Source of the DNA: Octopus sinensis
Taxonomy: Eukaryota
Assembly: GCF_006345805.1 (NCBI RefSeq)
Contig: NC_043000.1
Location: 99,200,001-99,264,000, forward strand
Length of the DNA stretch: 64,000 bases
Direction of reading: 5' to 3'
Shown: positions 14,011 to 26,619 of the stretch, one piece after another
How the letters are laid out: every line of letters begins with the position of its first letter
How positions within the stretch are numbered: the first letter of the stretch is position 1
Notes under the pieces: generated by a model
What the model saw: only the letters and a program-made list of their open reading frames with translations
Database searches by the model: none
Told to the model about the DNA's origin: nothing
Program-made: the position numbers and the translations under genes

Positions 14011-14396
14011 TTTACAAGGCATTTCACTAATCTTTTTCTTGTTTTGATACAAATGTTTCTTGATGTTAATATCTTTAACTTCTCAGCCGAGGTTGACTTT
14101 GCTTTTCATCCTTTTGGGGTCGATAAATTAAGTACCAGTTGCATACTAGAGTCGATCTAATCGACTGGCCCCCTCCCCAAAAATGTCAGGCCTTGTGCCT
14201 AGAGTAGAAAAGAATATTTTTGACGTCTTCCAAGTTTACTTCCCAACCACATGGTTTCGGATTCAGTCTCACTGCATGGCACGTTGGGAAAGTGTCTTCT
14301 ACACTAATCCCGAGCTGTCCAAAGCCTTGTGAGTGGATTTGGTACACTGAAACTGAAAGAAGTGTCATATATATGTGTATACACACACACACACAT

Positions 14397-14483
<87 letters not shown>

Positions 14484-14700
14484 GAGAGGTTATGAGAGAT
14501 AATGGTGTCAGTAAGACCCAAAACTGTCAGGTAATGCTGAGTAAGTGCTATGGATAGACCATAGTTAAACTCTAGGTTCGGCGATTATGCGAATAAGGTG
14601 TCCAACGTAGGTCATATCTCAACGTGTGTATATATATAAAAAACATTTTTGTGCATAAAAAACAAGGCTGTGTAGATTTTAGAACATTTATAAATAGAAG

Positions 14701-14748
14701 GTCTTACAGCTGTTTCTAGGATATTTATTATATCCCTTCATCGGAGAC
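14701..14748 (-). ncRNA. Minimal type I hammerhead-like motif (U4C core variant), left arm of palindrome
   Basis: Minus strand: gtct CCGATGA a gggatat-aataa-atatcct a GAAA c-agct-g ta agac. Confidence 0.65.
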
Positions 14749-14816
14749 AGTGTGAGAAAATGGTTAAGCAATTAACTATTGCTAAATTAACTACTGCTTA
14801 ACCATTTTCTCACACC

Positions 14817-14864
14817 GTCTCCGATGAAGGAATATGATAAATATCCTGGAAACAGCTGTAAGAC
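14817..14864 (+). ncRNA. Minimal type I hammerhead-like motif (U4C core variant), right arm of palindrome
   Basis: gtct CCGATGA aggaatat-gataa-atatcctg GAAA c-agct-g ta agac. Palindromic AGCT loop III is typical of Penelope-associated dimeric hammerheads. Confidence 0.65.
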
Positions 14865-14925
14865 CTTCTATTTATAAATGTTCTAGAATCTAAACAACCT
14901 TGGTTTCTTTATCTCATTACGAAAC

Positions 14926-14964
<39 letters not shown>

Positions 14965-14968
<4 letters not shown>

Positions 14969-15380
14969 CGCAGGAGTGGCTGTGTGGTAAGTAGCTTGTT
15001 TACCAACCACATGGTTCCGGGTTCAGTCCCACTGCGTGGCACCTTGGGCAAGTGTCTTCTACTATAGCCTCGGGCTGACCAAAGCCTTGTGAGTGGATTT
15101 GGTAGACGGAAACTGAAAGAAGCCTGTCGTATATATGTATATATATATATATATATATATGTGTGTGAGAGTGTTTGTGTGATTGTCCCCCTAGCATTGC
15201 TTGACAACCGATGCTGGTGTATTTATGTCCACGTTACTTAGCGGTTCGACAAAAGAGATCGATAGAATAAGTACTGGGCTCACAAAGAATAAGTCCCGGG
15301 GTCGAGTTGCTCGATTAAAGGCGTTGCTCCAGCATGACCGCAGTCAAATGACTGAAACAAGTAAAAGAGTAAAAGAGTAT
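14965..15380 (+). mobile_element. Full-length SINE family A
   Basis: Complete structure: head/CORE-like part, (TA)n(TG)n, tail, (gtaaaaga)2 end. Confidence 0.9.
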
Positions 15381-15899
15381 ATATATGCGTGTGTCTCCTT
15401 GTGTTTGTCTCTTACCACCGCTTGACAATTTGTGCTTGTTTACACTGATCGTCATATTAGGCTTATAATTCTAAACTATAAGCAGGACAGAGATGTTTTT
15501 GTTGTGGGTGATGCTGGTAATGGGCATAACCTATTTCATTTCAAAGTCTATTAATAGTTCTTTGTTGCACCTATGTAATTTTTTTAAATGATTCTGCCTA
15601 TTTGCTCCAGTATTCATTCCACTTTTCATTGAATTTATTGCCATTGCTGCTTTTAATACTTTGCTGCCATTAAGGCCGCAAGCTGGTAGAATCGTTAGCA
15701 CGCCGGGCAAAATGCTGTGCGGCGTTTCGTCCGTCTTTACGTTCTGAGTTTAAATTCTGCTTTTAGGGGTCATCAAAATAAGTACCATTTGAGCACTGTG
15801 GTCGAAGTAATCGATTTACTCCGCACTCCAAAATTGCTGGCCTTGTGCCAAAATTTGAAACGAATATTTTGTAATCATTTGAAGCTTCAAAGCTTAGAC

Positions 15900-17200
15900 A
15901 CAGGCCCTCTGGTTTCATCTTGCTCAATGATTTTATGTATTTATTCCATTTTGATATAGTCTCTTCATGATCAAACAGTATATTTCCATTGCTAATATTA
16001 TGTTAAAGTCATACGTTTGCCGCTTGTTATCCCATTTATTTTATCATAAATTTCTTCATATTTATGCAATATATTAAGTTTTTCAACTTCTTGGCATTGA
16101 TCATTCAACCATTTGGTATTAATTGCTTGTTGTTTTTGCTGCTTCTGTACTTTTATACGAGTTCTCTTTGAATTTTCCTGTCAATAATGATCTTTGTTCT
16201 AATATTTCTTTCTTACGTGATTTTCTTTTAATAAAAGTTCATCAGTCATTCATTTTATTTTATTTTCCTTTTCTCTTTCAGCCAGTAGTTTTGTTAGTGA
16301 TGTTTGCATACAAATTTCGCGTTCCATTCTTACCTGTTTTTTTTTTCTTTACTATGTGATTCTTGTATTTTTTTGTTGTGCAAACGATCATTTTCATTTT
16401 TATTTTCATATTACAATTCTGTTTATATTCTGTCTGCTTTAGCAAATTTAAGTTTAATTGTTCTCGTCTCTTAAATTTCTTACGCTTGGTTTGTAATTTA
16501 ATTACCATTGGTTTATAGTCTGGAATGATATCTGCTCCAGGGTAAGTATTAATAAGATTCACACCGTTTCTGAATTGTTGGTTTATCGATATTAATAATG
16601 AATGTGATTTCTTGTTATCCAACCTGTATGATATTCTTTATTGCTGAAATAAAATGTTAGCAACTGATAAACAATTTCTTTCACAAAAATAGATCATTCG
16701 GTTGCCTCTTTCATCTCTTCCATTTAATCCATATTCACTCGTTATATTCTCGGTATTTTCTTTGCCCTCTTTTGCATTAAAACATTGTGTTGTAATTGAG
16801 GTTTCTTTAGCTTTGCTATATTATATTACATTTAGAATTTTCTGGTAAGCATCTGTCTCTTCATCATGATGGTCTTAGGTAGAATGTGCAGCAGTGTGAT
16901 ATTGTTACTGTGAGGTTTTGCTTGTAGTTTCATTATAAGCAATATAATTGAAATTCTCAAATATCCAATTTGTACTTTTGCTAGTGTTCATTATTATGCC
17001 TACTCTTTTCTTATGTTCTTTTCCACCAGACTGCATGCTTTTCTATTGCAATTTTTCTCTCAACCGATCATTTAGTTTTAGTTATTCCCATAATGTGAAA
17101 TATATATATTTTTTCATGAATAAGATTTTTAAATTTTCCATAGTTTTATAACGTTCTTTTGATGCACGTTCCTAGTTATTTTGATGCAAGAAGAGTTATT
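15900..17200 (-). mobile_element. Old RTE-clade LINE, AP-endonuclease region
   Basis: ORF 16278-16622 has INQQFRNGV..INTYPGADI.PDYKP+VIKL, the C-terminal motif of RTE APE. Further degenerate APE motifs lie upstream. Confidence 0.6.
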
Positions 17201-17699
17201 CCTAGTTTCCAGTACACCATACATGTAATTCAGCATAATTGACCATCCTAATATTTTTGGTCATAATATCAGCAACTATAGTTTTGAATTCATCTCTTCT
17301 TCCCTATGGTTAGTATTTGGATCAGCAGCTTAGAACCCAGCTTCACCATCGTTTCCCTTTCATCTTCTAATATCATACACAGTGAAGGTGCATGGCCTAG
17401 TTGTTAAGGTATGGGTCTCATGATTATAGTTGTGGATTTGATTCCTGGAGCAATCGTAGTATTGTTTCCTTGGACAAGGCATTTTATCTTATGTTCCCCC
17501 ATTCATCTCAGTTGAAAGTGAGTACCAGCCAAGCGCTGGTGCTACCTTCTCTTCCACCTGCTGTCTCATCCTTGATGTTCCACTAGATAAAAAAAATGTC
17601 TATGCTTGCTCCTAACTCTAAAACTGTTAGTGAAAAAATGGTACATGTTACCAGGTCATACGCCTTTGCTATGACGGCTATGAACTTTTTCTAACACTA

Positions 17700-18110
17700 T
17701 CCATTGATAACTAAGGATACATATATGAGCATCTAATCCATTTGTGGCTATCTCACCGTCAGTATTTTTACACCTGAGGAGATTTTTGGACATACTACAT
17801 ATCTCGCTTCATGCTGCCGGTACTATTTATGTTTCATTCGATTTATCAATATCTTTTGCCATTCCAATTTTCGTGCACTTTAATGGAGACACCGCCTACA
17901 CAGAAGATCTCCAGAAACTGCAAACACTTTACTTGATTTGATTAGCGAACCGAAGCAAAACACTGTGATGCAGCTACCTATATGCACTACAAATATTTTT
18001 GCCTCATAAGTGTTAGTTAACGAGATTTGGAAGGTGAACGCTCTTATTTTCCATCCATTTTGACTAAGATGGAATACTATTACAAAGCTGCCATTCATCA
18101 TCCTCACAAG
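17700..18110 (+). mobile_element. Highly decayed CR1/Jockey-like LINE RT C-terminus
   Basis: Scattered residues RQYFTPE..., HAAG..., TEDLQ.LQ match this region loosely. Confidence 0.35.
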
Positions 18111-18379
18111 ATTCATTCACACAAACTTACATATAAACATATAAGTAAATGTGTGTGCGCGCACGCGTTCGTGTATTTATATATATATATTTTTTTCTCT
18201 CTAGTTTCAGCTCAGAGCTGCGACCATGCTGACGCACAGCCGTTAAATGTGTATATGTGTATATGTATACATGTGTATATGTTTTTCTATATATGCATAT
18301 ATACAGCTTGCATGATTATTTATGTGTATATACATATGTATATATGTACATATATTTATATAAACATAAATATGTGCCA

Positions 18380-18688
18380 ATTCTTTTACTTGTTCAAGAT
18401 ATTTGACTGCAGCCACGCTGCATGCTGGAGCACCGCCTTGGAGTGTTTTAGTCAAACAAATCTACCCCAGAACTCGATTTTTAACCCTAGTACTTATTCT
18501 ATAGGTCTCTTTCTCCGAACTACTAAGTTGCAGAGGACGTAAACATACTAACACCGGTTGTCAAGCAGTGATGTGAAAAACACAGACACAAACACACACA
18601 TATATATTTTGTCTATATATAGTTTGTATATATATATATATATATAGTTTGTCTCTCTCTCTCTCTATATATATATATATAGTTTGTC

Positions 18689-18741
<53 letters not shown>

Positions 18742-18890
18742 GAAGGGCTTCTTTCAAATCCACTCACAAGGCCTTGGTCGGCCAGAGGCTATAGAAGAAA
18801 CTTGCCCAGGTGTCATATAATGAAACTAAACCCAGAATCATGTGGTTGGGAAGCAAGCTTGTTACCACACAGCCACACCTATATGTATGT
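18380..18890 (-). mobile_element. SINE family A (minus)
   Basis: Reverse-complement tail, internal TA/TG tract and head ending ..accacacagccacacctat. Confidence 0.8.
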
Positions 18891-18917
18891 GTACATATAT
18901 ATATATATGCATATATA

Positions 18918-19018
<101 letters not shown>

Positions 19019-19250
19019 CAATATAGGGTAGCAAAAAAATTCAAGAAAAATTCAAGAAAAATTTTCTGCAACCAGCGGTCAAGTGAGAAAATAGAAATAG
19101 TCACAGACTATATAATATATTCAACAAAGTATTAAGGAATGACCCTAACAGGTCTTTCAACTCACTTGAAAAGAGCAGCCAAACTCAAACCGCAAAAATA
19201 GTAGTAATTCTGAAAGCTAAAGGAGAAATAAAAACATTTATCCCTTTCAC

Positions 19251-19345
19251 CTTTGTACCCTGCAAGGTTTCAACAATTTTTACGCAATCGAACTTAATTA
19301 AATCAAATTAAATCCGTTAGCGATTGGCTTGTTTCATCAGCAAAG
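19251..19345 (-). ncRNA. Type I hammerhead ribozyme, monomer 1
   Basis: Reverse complement of ctttgtaccctgcaaggtttcaacaa...ttgtttcatcagcaaag; same fold as 20358-20452. Confidence 0.8.
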
Positions 19346-19739
19346 TCACCAAAAGAAAAGGAGAACATATACCCACGAGGCGACACCACTGAAGCCCCGA
19401 GTGTATATATCCTAATTTTTCGAAATCCAACGTAACCGCGCCAACTACTCAGCAGCAAATATAAACTGCTGATACAATTTCAGAATTAGTCAAAAATTAT
19501 TAATTTATCAATATAGGGTAGCAAAAAAATTCAAGAAAAATTCAAGAAAAATTTTCTGCAACCAGCGGTCAAGTGAGAAAATAGAAATAGTCACAGACTA
19601 TATAATATATTCAACAAAGTATTAAGGAATGACCCTAACAGGTCTTTCAACTCACTTGAAAAGAGCAGCCAACTCAAACCGCAAAAATAGTAGTAATTCT
19701 GAAAGCTAAAGGAGAAATAAAAACATTTATCCCTTTCAC

Positions 19740-19834
19740 CTTTGTACCCTGCAAGGTTTCAACAATTTTTACGCAATCGAACTTAATTAAATCAAATTAA
19801 ATCCGTTAGCGATTGGCTTGTTTCATCAGCAAAG
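19740..19834 (-). ncRNA. Type I hammerhead ribozyme, monomer 2
   Basis: Identical to the monomer 1 motif. Confidence 0.8.
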
Positions 19835-20357
19835 TCACCAAAAGAAAAGGAGAACATATACCCACGAGGCGACACCACTGAAGCCCCGAGTGTATATATC
19901 CTAATTTTTCGAAATCCAACGTAACCGCGCCAACTACTCAGCAGCAAATATAAACTGCTGATACAATTTCAGAATTAGTCAAAAATTATTAATTTATCAA
20001 TATAGGGTAGCAAAAAAATTCAAGAAAAATTCAAGAAAAATTTTCAAGTGAGTTGAAAGACCTGTTAGGGTCATTCCTTAATACTTTGTTGAATATATTA
20101 TATAGTCTGTGACTATTTCTATTTTCTCATTTAACCGCTGGTTGTAGAAAATTTTTCTTGAATTTTTTTTGAATTTTTTTGCTACCCTACATTGATAAAT
20201 TAATAATTTTTGACTAATTCTGAAATTGTATCAGCAGTTTATATTTGCTGCTGAGTAGTTGGCGCGGTTACGTTGGATTTCGAAAAATTAGGATATATAC
20301 ACTCGGGGTTTCAGTGGTGTCGCCTCGTGGGTATATGTTCTCATTTTCTTTTGGTGA

Positions 20358-20452
20358 CTTTGCTGATGAAACAAGCCAATCGCAAACGGATTTAATTTAA
20401 TTTAATTAAGTTCGATTGCGTAAAAATTGTTGAAACCTTGCAGGGTACAAAG
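20358..20452 (+). ncRNA. Type I hammerhead ribozyme, inverted monomer
   Basis: Stem I ctttg/caaag. CTGATGA 20363-20369. Stem II aacaa/ttgtt with an inner caatcg/cgattg extension. GAAA 20432-20435. Stem III A-U, C-G, C-G, U-G with a UGCA loop. GUA cleavage triplet 20445-20447. Confidence 0.82.
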
Positions 20453-20579
20453 GTGAAAGGGATAAATGTTTTTATTTCTCCTTTAGCTTTCAGAATTACT
20501 ACTATTTTTGCGGTTTGAGTTTGGCTGCTCTTTTCAAGTGAGTTGAAAGACCTGTTAGGGTCATTCCTTAATACTTTGT

Positions 20580-20628
<49 letters not shown>

Positions 20629-20680
20629 GTGTGTGTATACATACCCTGTATGTACTTCTGTGTGTGTGTATGTAAGCATG

Positions 20681-20726
<46 letters not shown>

Positions 20727-21258
20727 GGGTGTGTGTGTAAATATATGCGCATCTATACTGTTTCCGTCAATCTCGTTTTACACACAATGCTCAAGTCTAT
20801 CTGATACTTTGGTAAAAACATTTAATATGTCACGCAGGAGAATCAAACCACCGAGCTTGTAGTTGCGAAAGACACTGCTTAACTACTTAAGCATTCCTGG
20901 GTTCCTGTGTGCTTGTATGTGTGTGCGAGAGAGAGTGTGTGTCTGTTTGTGTGTCTGTGTGTATGTTTGTGTGCGTTTCTTTCTATACTCAGTTAGCCAG
21001 AGAAACCATCGAAGACTCCAAATTTCGTATGATGAAGGGCTGGCGTTATCTTCAAGCTAGAAGGTGGTCTATCCCGAATGCTGGCAACAAATTACTAAAT
21101 GTCTCTATAAAAGCTTTGTTTTACTTGAACGGTTAGAAGGTTGCTTCCTAATCATATGGCTCTAGGTTCAGTCCCACTGTGTAGCACCTTCTATAGCCTC
21201 GGGACGACCAAAGTCTTGAGATTGGATTTTGTAAACGGGAACTGAAAAAACCCCATCG

Positions 21259-21304
<46 letters not shown>

Positions 21305-21554
21305 CGTTAATTGCTCGAAATGTGGAGTAGATGAACAGCCGACAACTGATGAAGGGTCGTTCTTTATTATTTATTTGTCTTGTTTTCCCTTTGTTTCTCT
21401 CGTTGTTTGCAATACCCAATTTTGCCTTCGTATTTCGTGTAGTTTTCGGATTGCATTCTGCTTACGTTTTGTGACGTCCTGTATCCATTTATGCATATAT
21501 ATATATATATATATATGCGTGTGTGTGTGTGTGTGTGTGTAAGTATTACATATA

Positions 21555-21780
21555 CTCTTTACTCTTTTACTCTTTTACTTGTTTCAATCATTTGACTGCG
21601 GCCATGCTGGAGTACCGCCTTTAATCGAGCAACTCGACCCCGGGACTTATTCTTTTGTAAGCCCAGTACTTTTTCTATCAGTCTCTTTTGCCGAACCGCT
21701 AAGTAACGGGGACATAAACACACCAGCATCGGTTGTCAAGCAATGCTAGGGGGACAACCACAGTCACACAAAAACACACA

Positions 21781-21818
<38 letters not shown>

Positions 21819-21960
21819 TATGACGGGCTTCTTTCAGTTTCCGTCTACCAAATCTGCTCACAAGGCTTTGGTTGGCCCGAGGCTATAGTAGAAGACACTT
21901 GCCCAAGAACCATGTGGTTGGTAAACAAGCTACTTACCACACAGCCACTCCTGCGCCTAT
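21555..21960 (-). mobile_element. SINE family A (minus)
   Basis: Near-consensus reverse complement with a (cttttact)3 tail. Confidence 0.85.
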
Positions 21961-22527
21961 ATATGTATGTATATATATATATATATATTATATATATATA
22001 TATATATTTACTTAGCGGTTCGACAAAAGGCACGATAGAATAAGTACTAGGCTTTAAAAGAGAATACGATTTGGGGTCAATTCATACGACTGAAAATTCT
22101 TGAAGGCGGTACCCTAGCATGGACCGAGTAAAAGATAAAATAATATTTGTGCGCGCAGCAATAAATTCATTGATTTGTGTCAATATGTAACAAATAGATA
22201 AATTGTTGAATACATACTGTTGTTGATGCTGGCTTCGTAGCTATTGCTGCTGTTATTGTTGATCTCGTTGTTGTTGTTGTTGTTGTTGCTGTATCTGTCG
22301 TTGTTGTTTGTTATTGCTGCTGCTGTTATTTGTTTTTCATTGTTCAAAGGTGTTTCAGTCCCAGTTCTTTTGTATATCTAACAATTATATTGGCCTGTCT
22401 AACCTTTGCTTTCAAAATATATGACATGAGTGAAAACATTGTGGCTGCTATTTCTAACAGATCAAGCGACCGTATGAAAGCCCGAAATGAATATGTATGC
22501 CATTATTCAGTTTTATTTCAAGATTTT

Positions 22528-22694
22528 TAGGCGTAGGAGTGGCTGTGTGGTAAGTAGCTTGCTTACGAACCACATGGTTCCAGGTTCAGTCCCACTGCGT
22601 GGCACCTTGAGCAAGTGTCTTCTACTTCAGCCTCGAGCCGACCAAAACCTTGTGAGTGGATTTGGTAGACGGAAACAAAAAGAAGCCCGTCATG

Positions 22695-22727
<33 letters not shown>

Positions 22728-22930
22728 GTTTGTATGTCTGTTTGTCCCGCCAACATCGCTTGACAACCGATGCTGGTGTGTTTACGTTCTCGTAACTTAG
22801 CGGTTCGGCAAAAGAGCCCGATAGAATAAGTACTAGGCTTACAAAGAATAAGTCCTGGGGTCGATTTGCTCGACTAAAGGTGGTGCTCCAGCATGACCAC
22901 AGTCACATAACTGAAACAAGTAAAGCAGTA
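22528..22930 (+). mobile_element. Full-length SINE family A
   Basis: ggcgtaggagtggctgtgtgg ... actgaaacaagtaaa. Confidence 0.9.
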
Positions 22931-23905
22931 ACAGAGAAAGAGCCGGTTTCTAGCCTAGATCCGGGATTCCTTCATTGGAATTTCAACAGCATCATCAGTG
23001 TATTTGTGCGTGTATGTATGTGTATGTGCAGTATTTGGAGTTAGTGCATGTGCATATTTGTATGTTTTGTTCTATGTATTCTCAAGGATATAGTTGCTTG
23101 TCTAGACATGCGCATACAGCCATAGATCCATACAAGTATATATGTATGTATGTATGTAGGTATGTATGTATGTATGTATGTATGTATGTATTTATGTATG
23201 TATTTATGTATGTTTGCTTGTTTGTCTTTTTGTTCGTATGCAGATAGATTGGTAAATAAGCTTTGTTAGTAGAAAAAATACATAAATAAAATCCAGACTG
23301 CTTGCGGTCGAGTGTGTGTGCGTACATGTATATAAAAGTGCGTTTGTGTATGTGTGTATGTCTGTGTGTTCGTCTACAAGCACTCGACATTTCAACATTT
23401 AACTCAACACTATAACAAGTGTTAACCTTATACCATTAGCCTTTTACAAACATCTCTCTGCTATTTAAAGAAACTGCAATGTCTGAATCTATGCTGCGAT
23501 ACTACAAAGAAACCTGTTATGTATGTTGTTTATTAATTATTGTACAACATCGTTGTCATTATTGTTGCTGTAACGTAACATCTGTTGTTATAGTTTAGCT
23601 TCCAGCCAGCTCTGATCAAGTAGATCACTTGATCAAAGGCATTCCGTCAGTGACATACCTATATAAAGAAAATCAAAGGTATATCTCTACTTTTATCTGT
23701 AGAGAACCCAGGAGCAATGTTCATTTTCCAAGACGGTAGGGTATAATTTAAGAGAGATTTAGCAGATCGTGTAACTTCATAGCGATTCTCTCGCCTCGCT
23801 TATGTTTTTTTTTTTTCGCTATGCTTCTAAAATTGAACTGTTAATTATATGTTAATAATTTTGTATTAACCTTATGCTATTCGTATATTACTATTATCAC
23901 AATTT

Positions 23906-24345
23906 AAGGTGGTGATCTGGCAGAATAGTTAGCATGTCGGGCGAAAACTGTTTAGCGGCATTTCGTTTGTCTTTACGTTCTAAGTTCAAATTTCACCGAG
24001 GTCAACTTTACCTTTCATCCTTTTGGGTCGATAGAATAAGTTCCAGTTGACCACTGTAATCAACTTACCCGGTGCCACAAAAGTACTGGCCTTGTGCCAA
24101 AATTTGAAATCAATATTACGGTCAATTCAGGGCGGTGAGCTAGCAGAATCGTTAGCACAATGGGCAAAAGTCTTAGCAGCATTTCGCCCCTCTTCGAGTT
24201 CTGGGTTCAAATTCCGCTGAAGTCAAATTTACCTTTTATCCTTTCGGGGTCGATAAAATAAGTACCAGTTGAGTACTGGGGTGTATGTAATCAACTTACA
24301 CATTCCACCGAAGTTGCTGGCCTTGTGCCAAAATTTGAAATCAAA
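23906..24345 (+). mobile_element. Two tandem SINE family B copies
   Basis: Both begin gg.ggtga.ct.gcagaat.gttagca and end ggccttgtgccaaaatttgaaa. Confidence 0.75.
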
Positions 24346-24543
24346 TTTATGGCAGTTTTAACATGATCTTATTCTGATGTTATTCTAATTTTATCTGATC
24401 GTTGTAAAATCACAGATGACCTCGTCATCAACGGCTCCGTTGCCATCACCATCGTCATCGTCGTTTTCCTCGACATCTTATTGCTGTTGTTGTCATCGTC
24501 GTCGTTGTCGTCATCGTTGTCTAATCCTGGTTATAATCCACAG

Positions 24544-24650
24544 GTGATAAACAAAGTGTGACAGAATATATAAAATGGCAAAAGCGCGGCCTCACGGCAC
24601 ATACCCACTATGGCTTGATCAGAGGAGGACGAAAAGAGCCTCTGTGGCTG
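24544..24650 (+). CDS. Candidate internal coding exon of an unidentified protein
   Basis: ccacag|GT acceptor and CTG|gtgaga donor. One open frame: (G)DKQSVTEYIKWQKRGLTAHTHYGLIRGGRKEPLWL. No family recognised. Confidence 0.35.
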
Positions 24651-26619
24651 GTGAGAGAAATTGAAGTTATTTTCGAAACAGAAACTAGATTCGAATATTT
24701 GCAGCGTGGCAGACAGTGCTAAATGTACTGAAGGGCCAACCGAATGTGTTAAGCCAACAAAGGATCAAATCCAGCGTCTAAAAATAGGAAGGAGACTACC
24801 GTCGGGCTTCTGCACCGTTTTCGCCTACCCAACTTTACTTACAAGGTTTTTGTTGATTTCAAGGTTATATCAGACGACACTTGCCAAATTTGTCGTGCAG
24901 TTGTTCTTGCTACATTTAATATCATCACATTGTAGTAATCGTCAGGGGGTTGTTGTTGTTGCTGCTACTGTTTTTCGTCGTCATTGTTTTTCTAACTCCA
25001 GGTCAGTTTTAATCGTTTTAATCCTGATGACGTCTTGAGCTAACTGGATCCTATAAAAGAGCTGTTGTGGTAGCAGACCACGAAACACGGTTGAAATTCC
25101 TAAATGACAAAAATCATTTAGCTATAACCATTCAGTCTTTTATCTGTGTTCAGGAAGTCTAGCACCTTGTTTTCTAACATGTCTTTTTCTAAGATGGTAA
25201 TGAAGTGATTTGGTGGAGATTTGGATGATATTTTTAGTGTCTCAGTTGATCATACAGACGCTCCCTTGGTATTTCATCAATTGTTGTTGTTGTTGTTGTT
25301 GTTAAAGTTAAGTAGCAGCATTAAACGGTGAAGTAGCTGGATTGATGAAGCGGTGAGGCCTTGCTTAAATTTTTCCGTCCGTCTTTCCGAGGTCGCCTAT
25401 GTCTGTCATCCTTTAGGGGCTGATAAAATAATTATCAGTCTACCCCTCTACGCAAAACCTGCTTTCCCTGTGCCAAAATTTGATGCCGTTATTCATGCAA
25501 AATAGTGGGCTGTGGGCCGTCACTGTCATTAGTACGTTGTACAAAAAGATTAGCAGCATTTCATCCTGCTCTTCACATTCTGAATTCAAATTCACCCCGA
25601 AGTCGGCTTTGCTTTACACTTCTTCGGGGACGATGAAATATGTGCCAGTTTAGCACAGGGTCGATGTAATCCACTTATTCCCTCCCCTAAAATTACTGAC
25701 CTTGTGCCAAAATTTCAAACTAATATTACTGCAAAATACATGTTTTTACCATCTACTTTGTCTTGCAATGTTTCATGAGCGATAAAATAAATACCATTCA
25801 AGTACTGAGCTCGCTTCGATCCACTGAACCACTTGTTCAAATTCCGATTTCTTTCTTCTTATTTCATTGCCTATGACAGAAATTATAATCTACATTATTA
25901 TTGCTATATATCAAATTAATTATTGCAAATTAATGGAACATTGAACATGGTGGGGATGCATTGCGTAAATATTTCTGTAGGCATCTGATTCCAAAATGAC
26001 ATAAGTGAAACAACTGGCTATCTGTATTCTTGGTTCTGTAAATAAATATCTCAGGATTCGTTTATGTATATAAAAGTAATCAGAGGGATACGTCGTGATA
26101 TGCTAAAAGCAATCTAGCATGGAAACGAGAAATGAGAAAATTAAGATTTCTGCAATGAAGCTTAAACGAAAAACAACGTATTCCATGAATCTAATTAATT
26201 GTCATTAGAATATTATATATAATTCTTCTTTTAACAAGTAAATATATTTTGAAAGAAATCACAAAATGTCCAACAGCTATAAATGGTGGCGTTTTAAGAA
26301 AATTTTTGATTATCCGTAAAATATTAATTATTTCATTTGGTTAACCTAACTTTGTACGAAGAGTTGCGTGATTAATTAGAATTTATTGATTGGGCAATTA
26401 ATTAAGACGTATAGAGTTTCTTATATTTTAGCTTAAACTTATTCAAAGTATTGATGTTGTAAAACATAGGGAGTTGCATGTGGTCAAATTACCATCCGAC
26501 AGTTCGATAGTTCGTATTTCGTGATCAGTATTTGGATGGTTTGGGGCGAGTGTACTTAAATTTCACTTTTGGCAAGGTATGGTCTCATTAAGGTGGGATG
26601 CATAGATTTTACAGGCCAG

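Noticed and set aside
14965-15045. tRNA genes at SINE heads (also 11685 and 43360)
   Set aside because: They have A/B-box-like motifs but no complete cloverleaf and continue into SINE bodies.
21028-21090. TGATGAAGGG..CCCGAAT remnant (similar remnants at about 7830-7910, 8600-8645, 32950-32998 and 39010-39035)
   Set aside because: Too degenerate to call as ribozymes; at most fossil Penelope termini.
23471-23520. Possible 50-nt GPCR exon (KLQCLNLCCDTTKKPV or TAMSESMLRYYKETCY)
   Set aside because: Weak acceptor and no TM5 sequence. The resemblance to ICL1/ICL3 is superficial and cannot be supported without cDNA.
25023-25092. CTGATGA...GAAAC hammerhead candidate
   Set aside because: Stems I and II do not pair convincingly; likely chance within another decayed repeat.
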